Origin: Desulfovibrionaceae bacterium
GTDB taxonomy: Bacteria > Desulfobacterota > Desulfovibrionia > Desulfovibrionales > Desulfovibrionaceae
Assembly (NCBI GenBank): GCA_015709315.1
Contig: JACCQI010000001.1
Location: 98,435 to 162,434 of the forward strand
Length of the DNA: 64,000 nt
Direction: 5' to 3'
Shown here piece after piece: positions 1 through 8,743 of the stretch. The notes below the pieces were generated by a model. The model made no database searches, was not told the DNA's origin, and saw only the letters and a program-made list of their open reading frames with translations. The position numbers and the translations under genes were made by a program. Position 1 is the stretch's first letter, and every line of letters begins with the position of its first letter.

Positions 1-173
1 CGTCGAAGTCGCCCAGCCGATGCCCGTTGTGGAACGCCTCCCCGGACGGCAGGTCCAGGCGGACCTGTTCCATGTCGATGAGCACGCGCTCCTGTCCCGT
101 CCTTTCGGCCACGGTGTCGGCCAGCTTTTCCGAGGACCAGCCCCCCGGGGTTCCTATGACGCCTATTTTCACG
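1..173 (-). CDS. ATP-grasp (RimK-like) enzyme, N-terminal fragment; the gene runs off the window start
   Basis: A minus-strand frame opens with GTG at 173, preceded by GGAG with a 7-nt spacer. It reads VKIGVIGTPGGWSSEKLADTVAERTGQERVLIDMEQVRLDLPSGEAFHNGHRLGDFD to the window edge. It starts 21 nt after the upstream kinase stop. It is missing from the ORF track because it is truncated. Confidence 0.5.
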
Positions 174-194
174 AAGTCGCTCCTTGGTTTGCGG

Positions 195-1850
195 CTAATA
201 GTAGAGGATGTCCTCGGGCAGGGCGAACCGCTCCCAGTCGCCGTCGTCGAACTGATGGATTTTTTCCAGCAGGAACAGGGATCGGTTGTACATCTCCTTG
301 GCAAAGCCGAAGTTCAACTCGAACCGGGTGGAGGTGTAGAAGGACCGCGCCAGGGCAAAGGCCATGCGCGCCTGGAAGGTGGCGTCCCCGTGCTGTCGGG
401 CGAACCCCTTCACGAACCCGTGGAACTGGCTGATGACGTTGTTGATGCGCTCGCGGTGCTGCTGGTCGAACAGGGGCATGCGGAAATTGGAGACCAGGAA
501 GACCGAGGCGTCCTGGATGTAGTCGAAATCGCGGGAGCGGTACAGGTCGATGTAGTGTACCTGCTGCGCCTCGTGGTTGTAGACCACGTTGTTGATGTTG
601 AAGTCGCCGTGGATGAACACCGAGAAGGGGGCTTCCAGGCCCCGCTCCAGCTCGGCGCACCGCCTGAGCAGATCCTCGGAGGAGAGCACCTCGGCGTCGC
701 CCAGGTGCTTGGGCATCCGGCGGAATTCCGGGTGGGTCTGGAGCACGCCGTCCAGCCGGGCCATGAGCTGCCCGATGTAGTTGGTCCTGACGGGCAGCTT
801 TTCCAGGGTGGTGGTCCAGGTCTCCAGCACCGTGGATTCGAAGATGAACAGGGCGTTGCGGACGTATTCGTCGTCCCCGGACAGGATGAGTTCGTCCAGG
901 GTGCAGCCGTTGAGGAACTCCACCAGCATGGCGCCCTTGCCGTTGTCCTCGTGGAAGCCGTATATCTCGGCCACCAGGCCGGGGAACGTCCGCCGCCAGC
1001 GGTTGATGGACTCCCGTTCCTTGCGGATCTTCTCCAGGCTGCCCTCCTTGTAGATGGACCCCTGTTTCCGCTCCTCGGGCGACAGCTCCTCGCCGTCCCG
1101 CTTTTCCACCTTGCCGATGCGGCAGCCGGAGCGGGTCCCCCAGATGGCGCGGAAGTCGATGTCCGCGAAGCTGTCGCTGAACCCGGACTTGGACAGGGTC
1201 TGCTGCAGGGCCTCGAACTGCTCGATCTTGATCCGCTCGCCGAGCATGGAAAAGATGATGGCCTCGCCGATGTTGAGCAGGGCGTCGCCCACGCGCTCGA
1301 AATAGCGGAAGATGAACAGGGCGGTGATCAGGGACTGGGCGTCGCGCCCCAGGCCGATCTCGTTCATGATGCGGTCGAAGTGGACCTTGTAGGCGGCGTC
1401 GAGCAGCGGCTCGGCCTTGCAGATGTAGAGCGCCTTGGACATGTTCTCGTTCCGGAAGGCGTCCAGGATGGACCCCAGCCGGTCCAGGATGGTGTCGAAC
1501 ATGTCGTCGTAGTCGTACTTCTTGATGAACGACTGGTCATCGAGATAGCGCATCTGCTTGACGATGTTGACGAAGTAGTCGGCGATCTTCTCCAGGTTCA
1601 CGCACATGACCTGGATGGCGCGGATGCGGTTGATCTGGTTGGTGTCCAGGGACTTGTCCAGGTGGATGCGGGAATAGCACTTGTTCTCGATGATCGTTTT
1701 CAGGTTGTCGATGTAATCGTCCCGGTTGGTGATCTTCGCGTGCTGCTTCCTGGTCGGCTCGTCCAGGAAACGCCTGGTCGACCGGGCCTGGTTCTCCACT
1801 TCCAGGACGATGAACTTGAAGTTTTCGTCCAGCCCTTCAAAGGTCAGCAT
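195..1850 (-). CDS. Two-domain protein: N-terminal PhoU-like repeats fused to an aminoglycoside/choline-kinase (APH) type kinase domain
   Basis: Track ORF 195..1991, trimmed to the ATG at 1850 (MLTFEGLDENFKF), which lies 5 nt after the upstream gene's stop. PhoU-like motif FIFRYFERVGDALLNIGEAII. Kinase catalytic-loop motif FIHGDFNINNVVY followed by YIDLYRSRDFDY. Confidence 0.8.
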   Translation of the reverse strand: MLTFEGLDENFKFIVLEVENQARSTRRFLDEPTRKQHAKITNRDDYIDNLKTIIENKCYSRIHLDKSLDTNQINRIRAIQVMCVNLEKIADYFVNIVKQMRYLDDQSFIKKYDYDDMFDTILDRLGSILDAFRNENMSKALYICKAEPLLDAAYKVHFDRIMNEIGLGRDAQSLITALFIFRYFERVGDALLNIGEAIIFSMLGERIKIEQFEALQQTLSKSGFSDSFADIDFRAIWGTRSGCRIGKVEKRDGEELSPEERKQGSIYKEGSLEKIRKERESINRWRRTFPGLVAEIYGFHEDNGKGAMLVEFLNGCTLDELILSGDDEYVRNALFIFESTVLETWTTTLEKLPVRTNYIGQLMARLDGVLQTHPEFRRMPKHLGDAEVLSSEDLLRRCAELERGLEAPFSVFIHGDFNINNVVYNHEAQQVHYIDLYRSRDFDYIQDASVFLVSNFRMPLFDQQHRERINNVISQFHGFVKGFARQHGDATFQARMAFALARSFYTSTRFELNFGFAKEMYNRSLFLLEKIHQFDDGDWERFALPEDILYY

Positions 1851-1855
1851 ACCGC

Positions 1856-2122
1856 CTACTCCACCGTGAGACCGGTGCTTTCGCACTTCCTGCCCGAGCC
1901 GGAGTCCTTCCACTCGACCTTGATGGAGAGTTTGTTGGCGTTGCCCTTTTTCTTGGCCTTGACCGTGAAGTTGAGCAGCCCCATGGGACACAGCTCGATG
2001 GCGTCCTCGTCGGTGGACAGGGTGATGGACCCCTTGTCGAAGCCGTCGGTGAGCGAAGCCAGGAAATCCTTGATGGTGCGACAGTCCTGCAGCGAATCGA
2101 AAATGAATTTTTCTTCAGCCAT
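1856..2122 (-). CDS. Small (88 aa) amphi-Trp-domain-like protein
   Basis: ORF MAEEKFIFDSLQDCRTIKDFLASL...FTVKAKKKGNANKLSIKVEWKDSG...GLTVE. The size, the KAK..IKVEW strand and the operon context match my recollection of the amphi-Trp domain family. It is tightly packed between the kinase and PHP-like genes. Confidence 0.6.
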   Translation of the reverse strand: MAEEKFIFDSLQDCRTIKDFLASLTDGFDKGSITLSTDEDAIELCPMGLLNFTVKAKKKGNANKLSIKVEWKDSGSGRKCESTGLTVE

Positions 2123-2137
2123 GTATTCCCCTAGATG

Positions 2138-3295
2138 CTAGCCGGCGAGCCGGTCCCTGTATGCCTCGATGATGACGCGGCGGCTCTGGTTGTTGACGAT
2201 GAGTCTCTTGCGGATGGACAGGTCGTCCCAGGCGGGCTGGTAGCCGATCTCGCGGGCCGCCTTGACCGGGTCCTGCTGGTCCACGGGCTTGGTCTTCTCG
2301 CCCATGTGGCAGTCGTCGCCCATGAAGATGAGCATGTCCCGGCCCGAGGTCCGCCGTTCGTTCTGCTCGTTGACCACGGAGATGAGAAATTCCGTGTACT
2401 CCTGGGATTGCGGGTTCCAGACCTCGATGCCGTCCACGTCGTAGTTGCGCAGCAGGATGGGCCAGAATTGCTCCGGGTGCGGGATGACGATGCAGCCGCC
2501 CAGGGAGCGCGCCTCCTCGATGATCTCGCTGGCCCGGTAGAAGAAGGACAGGTCGAAGCCGCGCTTGACGATCTTCTTGACCGCCTTGAGGTAGCCCTGG
2601 ACGCGGTCCACCGCGTTGTCGCCCAGCTCCGGGCGCATGGCGTCGAACCAGTTGCGCAGCAGCTTGTTCTTCACGGACAGCCGGGGCACCTCGGTCCAGT
2701 TGTCGTCCAGGAGCGTTTCGATCCTGGTCACGTTGGCGCGAACGAATTCGATCATGTCCGCGTCCGCGCCCACGGACCTGGCCGCCTCGTTGATGCGGTC
2801 CTCGTTCGGCTTGGTGATGGTGTGCATGAAGTCGAAGAGCTGGCCGGACCGGTACTTGAAGGTGTGGGCGAGCATGGACTTGAGCACTCCCGCCTGCCCG
2901 ACCCGGTCGTTGGCGAAGTGGAGCAGAAGCTGCACTTTGCGGTTGAAGCCCGAGGAAAAGCAGTCCACCTCCACCCCGGAGTAGTCGCCCCAGCTTATGA
3001 GAACGTTGTGCTGGGTCGGGATGAGCAGCTCGTCCGTGCGGTTGGGGAACATTGCGTCCACCCGTTGCCGGATGTGCTTCATGTCCACGAATTCCGGGTG
3101 CCAGTGGACGGCCAGCAGGGCCTCCTGGCGGATGTACACGTCCGTGGGGGTGACGACCTGGTCGATCTGCCACTGTTCCAGGTCGGTGGACACCACCCGG
3201 AAAAAACGGTCGCGGTCCTCCCGGGTGATCTCTTCCGGGGACCGCGCCGGGAGGGTCCGGCATTTCGGGCAGTCGTCGCTTTTCACTATTTTCAT
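2138..3295 (-). CDS. Hypothetical 385-aa protein with PHP-like (metal-dependent phosphoesterase) motifs
   Basis: Long ORF with coding-like composition. Motifs LAVHWHPEF (HxH), CIVIPHPEQF, DGIEVWNP and MGDDCHMG are spaced like PHP-domain metal ligands. The function call is tentative. Confidence 0.45.
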   Translation of the reverse strand: MKIVKSDDCPKCRTLPARSPEEITREDRDRFFRVVSTDLEQWQIDQVVTPTDVYIRQEALLAVHWHPEFVDMKHIRQRVDAMFPNRTDELLIPTQHNVLISWGDYSGVEVDCFSSGFNRKVQLLLHFANDRVGQAGVLKSMLAHTFKYRSGQLFDFMHTITKPNEDRINEAARSVGADADMIEFVRANVTRIETLLDDNWTEVPRLSVKNKLLRNWFDAMRPELGDNAVDRVQGYLKAVKKIVKRGFDLSFFYRASEIIEEARSLGGCIVIPHPEQFWPILLRNYDVDGIEVWNPQSQEYTEFLISVVNEQNERRTSGRDMLIFMGDDCHMGEKTKPVDQQDPVKAAREIGYQPAWDDLSIRKRLIVNNQSRRVIIEAYRDRLAG

Positions 3296-3319
3296 CGAAA
3301 CGCTCTCCGGCCGGGTGTT

Positions 3320-3835
3320 TCAATCATACTTGGCGTGGCACCGGGTCTTTTCGTGGATAAGGGCGTCCACGGCCCGGTGCAGCTTCTCCATGTCGCCGTC
3401 TTCGAACGCCTCGGCCAAGCCGTCGCAGGCCCGCATGTAGCTCTCATAGTATTCGTCCCCGTATCCGGGGTAGGTGACCATGAGGGCGGAGTCGGCCAGG
3501 AAGGATTCCACGGCCTCGGCCGGGGGCGTCCGGTCTTCGTGGATCATTTTGACGATGACCTTGAAGCTGGTCTTCATCCGTTTTTTGAGGCTGGAATATT
3601 TCGGCTTGGCGGGCGTTTCGCCGCCCTCGTCCTCCTCGGAGGGGAGGCAGGCGTCCGGCACCTTGATCTTCGCCTTGAGGTGCAACTGACCGAACTCCTC
3701 CTTCACGCCGATCTTCATTTTCTTGAACGCATCGACGCATTCAAGCTCGTCCGAACCCCCGTTTTCCAGGGCGTCGGCAAGGCGGCGGAAAAACGCGGCC
3801 AGTTCCGTGCGGTCAACATACTTGCTTACCTTCAT
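3320..3835 (-). CDS. 171-aa protein with an amphi-Trp-like N-terminus and an XXXCH-type C-terminus (…HEKTRCHAKYD)
   Basis: First gene of the cassette. The N-terminal part (…EEFGQLHLKAKIKVPD) parallels the 88-aa protein's FTVKAKKK…IKVEW. Next comes an acidic/Pro linker, then a C-terminal helical region ending in RCH. Confidence 0.6.
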   Translation of the reverse strand: MKVSKYVDRTELAAFFRRLADALENGGSDELECVDAFKKMKIGVKEEFGQLHLKAKIKVPDACLPSEEDEGGETPAKPKYSSLKKRMKTSFKVIVKMIHEDRTPPAEAVESFLADSALMVTYPGYGDEYYESYMRACDGLAEAFEDGDMEKLHRAVDALIHEKTRCHAKYD

Positions 3836-3997
3836 GTCGGTCCTTGTCGGTTGAGGAAAAAGGAAAGGTGTTTGTACCTATACGTCGAGGAAGGAGTACA
3901 TCTCAATGGCCGTATCCGAATTGTAACAAAACGTAACATTGATACCCGTCAGGATATGGCGGGAGGGCGGCGCGAAGAAACGCCGCATGAGGGGAAA

Positions 3998-4030
3998 CGC
4001 GGGCCGGACCTGTGCCGGGTCCGGCCCGCG
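3998..4030 (-). terminator. Rho-independent terminator candidate after the oxidoreductase gene
   Basis: 13-bp perfect stem cgcgggccggacc / ggtccggcccgcg with a 7-nt loop. On the minus strand it is followed by TTTCCCCTCAT. Confidence 0.5.
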
Positions 4031-4074
4031 GAGTGGGATTCAAGGGAGAGGAGGGCCGAAGCGCTCCGGTTCGG

Positions 4075-5079
4075 TCAGCAGCGCACCCAGGTCCCATCCC
4101 CGGCGCTCTTGATGAGCCGTTCCAGGACCTGCATGTTGGCGTAGGCGTCGTTCAAGGTCGCGGGCGGGCGCGTGTCGTCGAGGATGGCCCTGGCAAAGGC
4201 GTCCGCCTGGAGGGAGTACTGGTCGCAGGTGTCGAAGGTGATGGTCCTGAGCTTCTCCCCGTCCGGGGCGTGGTCCCGCTGGAGGATGATGGCGCACGGC
4301 CTGTCCGGGGGCGCGTTGAAGGGGATGAGTATCTCGATGCGGCCTTCGGTGCCGAAGATGTTCACCCGCTGATGGTCGGCCAGTTGGGTGGAGCAGGTGA
4401 AGGAGGATATCCTCCCCCGGAATTCGAGCATGCCGGAGAAGAGGCGGTCCGTGCCGAAATCCGGGTCGCGGTCCATGAAGCCGATGCCCCGCGCGGGTTC
4501 GGCGTTGAAGATGAACCGGGACAGGGAGATGTTGTAGCAGCCGATGTCCATCATGGCCCCGCCGCCGATGTCCGCCTTGTTGCGGATGTTGGCCGGGTCG
4601 TCGTTGAAGTAGGAGAAGAAGGACTGGATGGTCCTCAGTTCGCCGATGGCGCCTTCGTCCACCAGCCGCTTGGCCTCGATCCACTGCGGGTGGTGGCGGT
4701 ACATGAACGCCTCCATGATCTTCAGGTCCGGGTAACGGCCCTCGGCGTTGATCAGGGCGTTGGCCTCGACGGTGTTCAGGCCGATGGGCTTCTCGCAGAG
4801 CACGTGCTTGCCCGCCTCCAGGGACTTGACGGCCCACGGGACGTGCAGGTGGTTGGGCAGGGGGATGTACACGGCGTCGATGTCCGGGTCGGCCAACAGC
4901 GCCTCGTAGGAGCCGTACGCCTTGGGGATGGACAGCGCGTCCGCGGCCGCGCGGGCGGCGGCCTCGTCGCGGGAGCCGATGGCGGTCACCCTGCACAGTT
5001 CCGAACTCTGGATGGCGGGTATGACCTTGGTGCGGCCGATCTTGGCCGTGGACAGGACGCCGAAGCGGATTCTTTCCAT
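4075..5079 (-). CDS. Gfo/Idh/MocA family NAD(P)-dependent oxidoreductase
   Basis: Track ORF 4075..5175, trimmed to the ATG at 5079 (MERIRFGVLSTAKIGRTKVIPAI). Rossmann-type N-terminus and the family motif GKHVLCEKP. Confidence 0.85.
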   Translation of the reverse strand: MERIRFGVLSTAKIGRTKVIPAIQSSELCRVTAIGSRDEAAARAAADALSIPKAYGSYEALLADPDIDAVYIPLPNHLHVPWAVKSLEAGKHVLCEKPIGLNTVEANALINAEGRYPDLKIMEAFMYRHHPQWIEAKRLVDEGAIGELRTIQSFFSYFNDDPANIRNKADIGGGAMMDIGCYNISLSRFIFNAEPARGIGFMDRDPDFGTDRLFSGMLEFRGRISSFTCSTQLADHQRVNIFGTEGRIEILIPFNAPPDRPCAIILQRDHAPDGEKLRTITFDTCDQYSLQADAFARAILDDTRPPATLNDAYANMQVLERLIKSAGDGTWVRC

Positions 5080-5286
5080 ATGCGTTTTCCCTCGCAGGTT
5101 GATGGTGTCCGATTTTGCCCAGTATAGCGGTTGTCCCGCCCCGCGCAAGGAGAAAACCGCCTGGAAGCGGCGCATGGGCCGGGAAGGCGATGCGCGCGGA
5201 AGGCCGGGAGAAGCGCGTTTGGCTGCCGTGTTTTTCCTATGGAGGCGTTGACACGTTTTTTTGAATGTGTTTTTTTTGTGACGTTA

Positions 5287-5300
5287 CGCAAACGTTTGCG
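5287..5300. promoter_or_regulatory. Perfect 14-bp palindrome CGCAAACGTTTGCG, a LacI/GalR-type operator candidate
   Basis: The sequence is self-complementary and has the AACGTT core typical of LacI-family operators. It lies 83 bp upstream of the galT ATG, in the divergent intergenic region. A half-site repeat, AGCGTTTGCG, follows at 5303..5312. Confidence 0.6.
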
Positions 5301-5382
5301 GTAGCGTTTGCGGCCCGGCCCGGCAGGGCGTGAAGCACGGTTTCGCGCCGTCGCGCCGGAGGAAATTCTTGACGGGGGACGC

Positions 5383-6426
5383 ATGCCTTTCAACGAGCAT
5401 CCGCACAGGCGGCTGAATCAACTGACCGGCGAATGGGTGCTGGTGTCCCCGCACAGGACCAAGCGGCCCTGGCAGGGGCAGCGGGAAGAGCCGGACCTGG
5501 CCGGGCTGCCCGCATACGATCCCGACTGCTACCTTTGTCCCGGCAACGCGCGGGCGGGCGGGGCGGTCAATCCCGACTACGCCGGAACCTTCGCCTTCAA
5601 TAACGATTTCGCCGCGCTCCTGCCCGACCCGCCGGAAGGCGGCCCGTCCACGGGGAGCGATCTGCTGGTGGCCGAGGCCGAGCCGGGCATCTGCCGGGTG
5701 GTTTGCTACTCCCCGCGCCACGACCTGACCATGGCCCGCCTGGGCGTGGACCGGGCGGCCGGGGTGGTGGACCTGTGGTGCCGGGAATTCGCCGATCTCG
5801 GCGGCCGGGAGAACATCGGCTACGTCCAGATTTTCGAGAACCGGGGCACGATCATGGGCTGCTCCAACCCCCATCCCCACGGCCAGATATGGGCCACCCG
5901 CTCCGTGCCCATGTACCCGGCCAACGAGGACCGGCATCAGGCCGTGCGCCTGCGGGAAAAGGGCAGTTGCCTGCTTTGCGACTACCTTGCCCTGGAGCGC
6001 GAATCCGGCGAGCGCGTCATCTTTGAAAACGACTCCTTCGTCGCCCTGGTGCCGTTCTGGGCGCTGTGGCCGTTCGAGGCCATGATCCTGCCCAGGGACC
6101 ATATGGCGACCATCCTGGACATGACCCCGGCGCAGCGGCGCGACCTGGCCGACGCCATGGTCCGGCTCAACGTGCGCTACGACAATATTTTCCAGACCTC
6201 GTTCCCCTATTCCATGGGCATTCATCAGGCCCCTGTGGACGGAGGGGAGTATCCCCACTGGCATTTTCACATCCACTACTATCCGCCGCTTTTGCGCTCC
6301 CGGTCGGTCAGGAAATTCATGGTCGGCTACGAAATGATGGCCATGCCCCAGCGGGACCTGACCCCCGAGGCCGCCGCGGACCGCATCCGCGAGCAGCCGG
6401 AAGTCCATTACCTGGAGGGCCGATGA
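5383..6426 (+). CDS. galT: Galactose-1-phosphate uridylyltransferase (class I)
   Basis: MPFNEHPHRRLNQLTGEWVLVSPHRTKRPWQG, the zinc motif CYLCPGN and the active-site motif HPHGQIWA. Start trimmed from track ORF 5308. Confidence 0.9.
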   Translation: MPFNEHPHRRLNQLTGEWVLVSPHRTKRPWQGQREEPDLAGLPAYDPDCYLCPGNARAGGAVNPDYAGTFAFNNDFAALLPDPPEGGPSTGSDLLVAEAEPGICRVVCYSPRHDLTMARLGVDRAAGVVDLWCREFADLGGRENIGYVQIFENRGTIMGCSNPHPHGQIWATRSVPMYPANEDRHQAVRLREKGSCLLCDYLALERESGERVIFENDSFVALVPFWALWPFEAMILPRDHMATILDMTPAQRRDLADAMVRLNVRYDNIFQTSFPYSMGIHQAPVDGGEYPHWHFHIHYYPPLLRSRSVRKFMVGYEMMAMPQRDLTPEAAADRIREQPEVHYLEGR

Positions 6427-7724
6427 CCGCGACCCGGCTGGACGAATGGCTCGACGCCGTGGACGGCGGGCGTCTGGACGCGACCCTGGCCGAACTGTAC
6501 GGCGAGGGTCAGGCGACGGACCAGCGGCGGCGGTATCGCTCCCTGCTCGCCCGGCTCGGGGAAGGGGCCGGGGACCGGGAATGCGTGCTGGTGACCACGC
6601 CGGGCCGCACCGAGCTGGGCGGCAACCATACCGACCACAACAACGGCGTGGTCCTGGCCGCGGGCGTGCATTTCGACATTTTGGCAGCGGCCGCTCCTAC
6701 CGGGGACGGGGTCATCCGGGTCCGGTCCGAGGGCTTCCCGGAGACGGTGGCGGTGCGCCTTGACGAGCTTTCCCCGCGCAAAGGCGAAGCGGGGACGCCC
6801 GCTGCCCTGGTGCGCGGCGTTGCCGCTGGTTTCGCCGACCGGGGGTGGGCCGTCGGCGGCTTCGACGCCTGCGTGGCCGGGGAGGTGCCGCTGGGCGCGG
6901 GCCTGAGTTCCTCGGCGGCCTTCGAGGTCTGCATGGGCCAGGTCCTGAACCAGCTCTACAACGGCGGCCAACGCACGCCCCTGGAACTGGCCGTGGTCGG
7001 GCGCGCGGCCGAGAACACGTATTTCGGCAAGCCGTGCGGCCTCATGGACCAACTGGCCTGCGCGGCACAGGGCATCCTGTCCATCGACTTCGCCGACCCC
7101 GAGGCCCCGGCGGTCCGGCAGGTGGATTTCGACTTCGCGGCCACGGACTATCGGCTCGTGGTGGTGGATACCGGCGGCAGCCACGCGGACCTGACCCCGG
7201 AGTACGCGGCCATCCCCGTGGAGATGGAGCGGGCGGCCAAGGTGCTTGGCCGGGACAAGGCGCGCGGCCTGACCGTGGCCCGGGTCCTGGACAACGCCGC
7301 GCGCATCCGCGAGGAGGCCGGGGACCGGGCGCTGCTCAGGCTGGTGCATTTCATCGAGGAGACGGACCGGGCCGTGCAACAGGCCGAGGCCCTGGACCGG
7401 GGCGACATGGCCCGCTACCTGGATTTGGTCCGGCAATCCGGGGACTCCTGCTGGCGGCTCAACCAGAACTGCATCTCCACCACGGACTATCTGGACCAGC
7501 CCATTCCCGTGGCCCTGGCCCTGACCGAGCGGTTCCTCGGGGGCGACGGTGCCTGGCGCATCCAGGGCGGGGGCTTTGCCGGGACCATCCAGGCATACGT
7601 GCCGAAGGAGCGCGTGGATGCCTATGCCGCGTACATGGAAGGCGTGTTCGGCAGGGGGGCCGTAATGCCCGTCCGCATCCGCCGTCCCGGTTTCGACGTC
7701 CTCCGTCCCGGAGGCCGCACATGA
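6423..7724 (+). CDS. galK: Galactokinase-family GHMP sugar kinase
   Basis: The ATG at 6423 overlaps the galT stop (ATGA). Motifs PGRTELGGNHTDHNNG and the GHMP ATP loop PLGAGLSSSAA. Confidence 0.85.
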   Translation: MTATRLDEWLDAVDGGRLDATLAELYGEGQATDQRRRYRSLLARLGEGAGDRECVLVTTPGRTELGGNHTDHNNGVVLAAGVHFDILAAAAPTGDGVIRVRSEGFPETVAVRLDELSPRKGEAGTPAALVRGVAAGFADRGWAVGGFDACVAGEVPLGAGLSSSAAFEVCMGQVLNQLYNGGQRTPLELAVVGRAAENTYFGKPCGLMDQLACAAQGILSIDFADPEAPAVRQVDFDFAATDYRLVVVDTGGSHADLTPEYAAIPVEMERAAKVLGRDKARGLTVARVLDNAARIREEAGDRALLRLVHFIEETDRAVQQAEALDRGDMARYLDLVRQSGDSCWRLNQNCISTTDYLDQPIPVALALTERFLGGDGAWRIQGGGFAGTIQAYVPKERVDAYAAYMEGVFGRGAVMPVRIRRPGFDVLRPGGRT

Positions 7725-8743
7725 GCTCCCTGACCATCAAGGACCTGGCACGCAAGCTGGGCGTTTCCCCGTCCACGGTGTCGCGCGCGCTTTCCGACCA
7801 CCCGGACATCAGCCCGGCCACCAAGCGGCGCGTGGCCGAGGCGGCCGCGAAATACCACTACCAGCCCAACCAGCTCGCCCAGTCCCTGCAGAAACGGCGC
7901 AGCTCCACCATCGGCGTCATTGTGCCGGAAATCCGGCATCACTTTTTTTCCACGGTCATCTCCGGCATCGAGGAGATCGCCTACGAGCACGGCTTCACCA
8001 TCATGGTCTGCCAATCGGGCGAGACCCTGGCCCGCGAGATCATCAACACCCGGGCCCTGATCGCCAACCGGGTGGCCGGGCTGCTCATCGCCATTTCCTC
8101 CGAGACCGTGCGTTACGACCATCTGGCGGCGGTCATGAGGTACGGGGTGCCCCTGGTCCAGTTCGACCGCGTGGTGGAGGACCTGGACACGGGCAAGGTG
8201 GTGGTGGACGACTATGCGGCCGCGCGCGGGGCCGTGGACCATCTGGTGGAGGCCGGATACCGGCGCATCGGCCATATGGCCGGGCGGGAGGGCATCGCCT
8301 TGAACCGCCACCGCTTCGAGGGGTACCGGGACGCCCTGCGCGGCCACGGCCTCGAAGTGGAGGAGAAATTCCACTTGTACGGCGGGTTCCGCGAAGAGGA
8401 CGGACGCAAGGGGGCCGAGCGCTACCTGGCCCTGGACGAACTGCCCGAGGCCATCCTGGCCATCAACGACCCGGTGGCCGTGGGGCTGTTCACCCGGTTC
8501 AAGGAGGCCGGGGTGCGCATCCCGGACGACGTGGCCCTGGTGGGTTTTTCCGACACCCCGGCGGCCGCGCTCATCGAGCCGGCCCTGACCACGGTCTACC
8601 AGCCCGCCCTGGAAATGGGGCGCGCGGCCGTGTCCCTGCTGCTCAAGCAGTTCGAGGCCGGCAAGGACTTTGCGCCCGAGACCGTGACCCTGTCCACCCG
8701 GCTCCTGGTGCGCGGCTCCAGCGACCCGAGGAGGCGGCCATGA
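7721..8743 (+). CDS. LacI/GalR family transcriptional repressor
   Basis: The ATG at 7721 overlaps the galK stop (ATGA). N-terminal HTH TIKDLARKLGVSPSTVSRALSDHPDISPATKRRV, followed by a periplasmic-binding-protein-like sugar-binding fold. Confidence 0.9.
   Translation: MSSLTIKDLARKLGVSPSTVSRALSDHPDISPATKRRVAEAAAKYHYQPNQLAQSLQKRRSSTIGVIVPEIRHHFFSTVISGIEEIAYEHGFTIMVCQSGETLAREIINTRALIANRVAGLLIAISSETVRYDHLAAVMRYGVPLVQFDRVVEDLDTGKVVVDDYAAARGAVDHLVEAGYRRIGHMAGREGIALNRHRFEGYRDALRGHGLEVEEKFHLYGGFREEDGRKGAERYLALDELPEAILAINDPVAVGLFTRFKEAGVRIPDDVALVGFSDTPAAALIEPALTTVYQPALEMGRAAVSLLLKQFEAGKDFAPETVTLSTRLLVRGSSDPRRRP

Noticed and set aside
27-2141. 704-aa plus-strand ORF covering the kinase and amphi-Trp genes
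   Set aside because: It is antisense to a gene with clear PhoU and kinase motifs. Its own translation is low-complexity and rich in G/V/A/L/D/E, with no recognisable domain, which is typical of a shadow ORF in high-GC DNA.
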